A stretch of 64,000 bases of DNA from Thermoanaerobaculia bacterium (GTDB taxonomy: Bacteria; Acidobacteriota; Thermoanaerobaculia; UBA5066), in contig CAWEJK010000002.1 of assembly GCA_963809425.1 (NCBI GenBank), forward strand, positions 193,254-257,253, written 5' to 3'. Made by a program: the position numbers and the translations under genes. Under the pieces are notes generated by a model. It saw only the letters and a list, made by a program, of their open reading frames with translations, had not been told where the DNA came from and searched no databases. Each line of letters starts with the position of its first letter. Position 1 is the first letter of the stretch. Positions 62,108 through 64,000 of this stretch are shown piece by piece.

Positions 62108-64000
62108 TCAGTTGATGACGACCATCGGGACGTACGAGCCGTCCGACGTGCGCGAGCCCGCGCCGGGCCCGTCGTTCACGACGCCGTAGACGACGAAATC
62201 CGACGTGCCGGCCACGGGCCTCACGCGCACGTAGCCGTGCGCGATCCCCGCTCCGAAGAGAATGCCGTTCACCTGGGTCCATTGCCCGCCCGTGAGCGGG
62301 ATCGTGAGCGTCCGGACGGGAGCCGTGGAGCCGGTGTCCGCGTCGAAGACGTCGACGACGTACGCGACGGCGGCCGCGCTCCCGGCGCGGGCGTCGGCGA
62401 TCGCGAGGTTGCTGCGCACGTCCGCGTCCTGCCTGAGGCCGTACACCCAGGCCTCGCCCTTCGCGCGGACGGCCGACGCGACCGCCGGGTACGAGAGGCC
62501 GTACGAGCCGCCCACGGTCCCATCGGGGTTCGGGTTCGAGGTGCGGGCGAGCGCGACGGCGCCCGACACGAGGAGCGTGCCGCCCTGGTTACCCGTCGCG
62601 GGAATCGCGAGTCCGAGCCCACGCAGATAGGAGAGCGCGTTCGGCGTGACGAGCTGCTGGCGCGTGCCGAGCTGGACCGTCCTCGTCCCGCTCCCCTCGC
62701 CCGAGAATGCCGACGACGCCGTGTACGTGAGCGTGACTGTGACGGGCGCCGACGTGGGGTTCGTGAGCGTCAGGTCCGTCGTGAAGTGCGGGGGCCCCGG
62801 CACGTCGAGCAGGATCGGGATCAGGCCCTCCGTGGCGTTCGCGACGAGAAAGCTGCCGTCCGAGGTGCCGCCGCCCGCGCTGCCGCCGTCGTTCACGACG
62901 CCGTAGGCGATGAAGCGGTCGCTGCCAGCGGTCCGCCGCAGGCGCGCGTACCCGTTCGTCACGCCCGTCAACGTGTTGTTGAGGACCTGGTTGTACTGGA
63001 AGAACTCTCCCGGCTGGAGCGTGCGCGCCAGGGGCGCGCCCGCAAGCCCGCCGCTGTCGCCGTCGTAGAGCTGGATTTCGAGCGAGACGGGCCCCGACGT
63101 CGCGCCCGACGTGGGCCCGGGCGCGTGGACGACCGCGAGGTTGGAACGGAAGGACGCGTTCTCGCGCAGTCCGTAGATCCAGGTATCGCCGGATCCGTTC
63201 GCGCCTCCGGAAATCACGGCCGGCGCGAACAATCCGAAAGCCCCGCCCACCGAGGCCGAGAGGTTCGGCGTGGACGTGCGCGATCCGGCGAAGACCGAGG
63301 CGGGGTCCGTGACGCCGACGAACGTCGCAAAAAACGTCCCGAGCTTCGACGAACCGTCCGAAGGGAGCGTCCACCCGTTCGCGGCGAGGAACGCGATGAC
63401 GTCGGGAACGTAGAGCTGCCTCCCGGCAGGGAGCGTGCGGGCGACGGCCGGGCCTCCGGCGCCGGGGCTGCCGGAGGCCGGAACGTAGACGAGGATCAGC
63501 GTCGCGTCGGAGGCGCTCCGGTTCACCGCGACGAAATCCGAGGTGAAGTGCGACGAAGCCGCCCCGAAGACATCGAGGACGACCGGCGCCTGAACGACGA
63601 TGCCGGTCGGCGGCGTCGCCGCGACGCTTCCCACCGTCAGGAAGAGCGTGAGTCCGCGCGCGACCGAGCCGGACGTGGCCTGGAGATGAAGCGGGTACGT
63701 GCCTGCCGCGACCGCGCTCGTGGCGCTCAGGGTCAGCGTCGCGGGCTGCGCTCGCGAAAGGACGCCGGTCACGGGGTTCGCGGGATCTCCCGGCCTGAAC
63801 TCGGCCGTCACACCCGACGGAGCGCCGGCGAGGGTCACGGTGGCGACGGCGTCGCCGGCGGCGGCGCCGAGCTGGGTGAGCGCGAGATTCACGACGACGC
63901 TTCCGCCCGCCGAAAGAACCGGCGTCGCGGGGTTCGCCCCGAGCGTGAAGTCCGTCGAGGAGGGAGCGGGGGCCGAGAGCGCGAAGGCGAGCGCGGACGC
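62108..64000 (-). CDS. Large secreted repeat protein (Ig-like N-terminal repeats plus two tandem ~240-aa modules); 5-prime end beyond the window
   Basis: The frame stays open from listed ORF 62108..63892 to position 64000 (own translation ASALAFALSAPAPSSTDFTLGANPATPVLSAGGSVVV...). Internal duplication: W(I/V)YGLR..A..RSNLA and YGVVNDG..AG..TSDGS each occur twice. Confidence 0.6.
   Translation of the reverse strand, partial: ASALAFALSAPAPSSTDFTLGANPATPVLSAGGSVVVNLALTQLGAAAGDAVATVTLAGAPSGVTAEFRPGDPANPVTGVLSRAQPATLTLSATSAVAAGTYPLHLQATSGSVARGLTLFLTVGSVAATPPTGIVVQAPVVLDVFGAASSHFTSDFVAVNRSASDATLILVYVPASGSPGAGGPAVARTLPAGRQLYVPDVIAFLAANGWTLPSDGSSKLGTFFATFVGVTDPASVFAGSRTSTPNLSASVGGAFGLFAPAVISGGANGSGDTWIYGLRENASFRSNLAVVHAPGPTSGATSGPVSLEIQLYDGDSGGLAGAPLARTLQPGEFFQYNQVLNNTLTGVTNGYARLRRTAGSDRFIAYGVVNDGGSAGGGTSDGSFLVANATEGLIPILLDVPGPPHFTTDLTLTNPTSAPVTVTLTYTASSAFSGEGSGTRTVQLGTRQQLVTPNALSYLRGLGLAIPATGNQGGTLLVSGAVALARTSNPNPDGTVGGSYGLSYPAVASAVRAKGEAWVYGLRQDADVRSNLAIADARAGSAAAVAYVVDVFDADTGSTAPVRTLTIPLTGGQWTQVNGILFGAGIAHGYVRVRPVAGTSDFVVYGVVNDGPGAGSRTSDGSYVPMVVIN

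Noticed and set aside
61665-62282. Four listed ORFs (61665..61847 -, 61906..62115 +, 61962..62189 +, 61989..62282 -)
   Set aside because: They lie across the RNase P RNA gene. The conserved rnpB sequence blocks explain the region.

Overview
GC-rich (about two-thirds to 70% G+C by eye) chromosomal window from a Gram-negative-type bacterium: it carries lpxB, msbA, lptB and lptF/G. I cannot assign the lineage from sequence alone. Nearly all content is housekeeping, packed into long co-directional operons whose junctions often overlap by 4 nt (ATGA/GTGA/TTGA). Left to right: a partial TetR gene divergent from an isopropylmalate-dehydrogenase-family gene plus a two-subunit aconitase-family dehydratase; acyl-CoA ligase and glycosyltransferase; a PLP Cys/Met enzyme; an ICMT-family methyltransferase; an orphan FtsX permease; dnaE, a CCA/polyA-polymerase-family gene, a hypothetical gene and rsmD; metK, an ArsR-methyltransferase (SahR-like) regulator and ahcY; a fused lptF-lptG; parB, parA, a DUF151 nuclease and miaB; a cupin gene followed by ptsI, ptsH, EIIA(Man), rapZ, hprK, hpf, rpoN, lptB and lptC/A-like genes; recJ and accA; a methyltransferase and a Tat-signal phosphoesterase; priA, udg, rpoZ, gmk, yicC, msbA, lpxB, a HIT gene, an HU/IHF gene, sppA, rpsA, cmk, rluB, scpB, scpA, trpS, an M50 protease and recG; a cNMP-FHA protein; RNase P RNA; and a large repeat-containing secreted protein that runs off the right edge. 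No CRISPR array, IS element, prophage or obvious defence island is visible. The most unusual signal is a dispersed family of A+T-rich inverted-repeat hairpin elements. The F arm is GATTTCTTAGAAGGTGAA(g/t)AGgG and the R arm is its reverse complement; GA/CT-rich tracts flank the arms, and the GC-rich cores do not align between copies. There are at least 8 clear copies plus several degenerate or solo arms, roughly one per 5-6 kb. Some sit at gene ends. Others are embedded in frame inside conserved genes (CCA-like, rsmD, miaB tail, udg, yicC, recG, LptC-like), and in those copies the arm stop codons have been mutated away. I do not recognise this sequence as a named repeat family. Second caveat and finding: at least five conserved genes (accA, yicC, HIT, lptC/A-like, a secreted protein) are broken by single-nucleotide frame shifts at short homopolymer runs. 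This most likely reflects assembly indels. All ORF-based inferences here should be read with that in mind.
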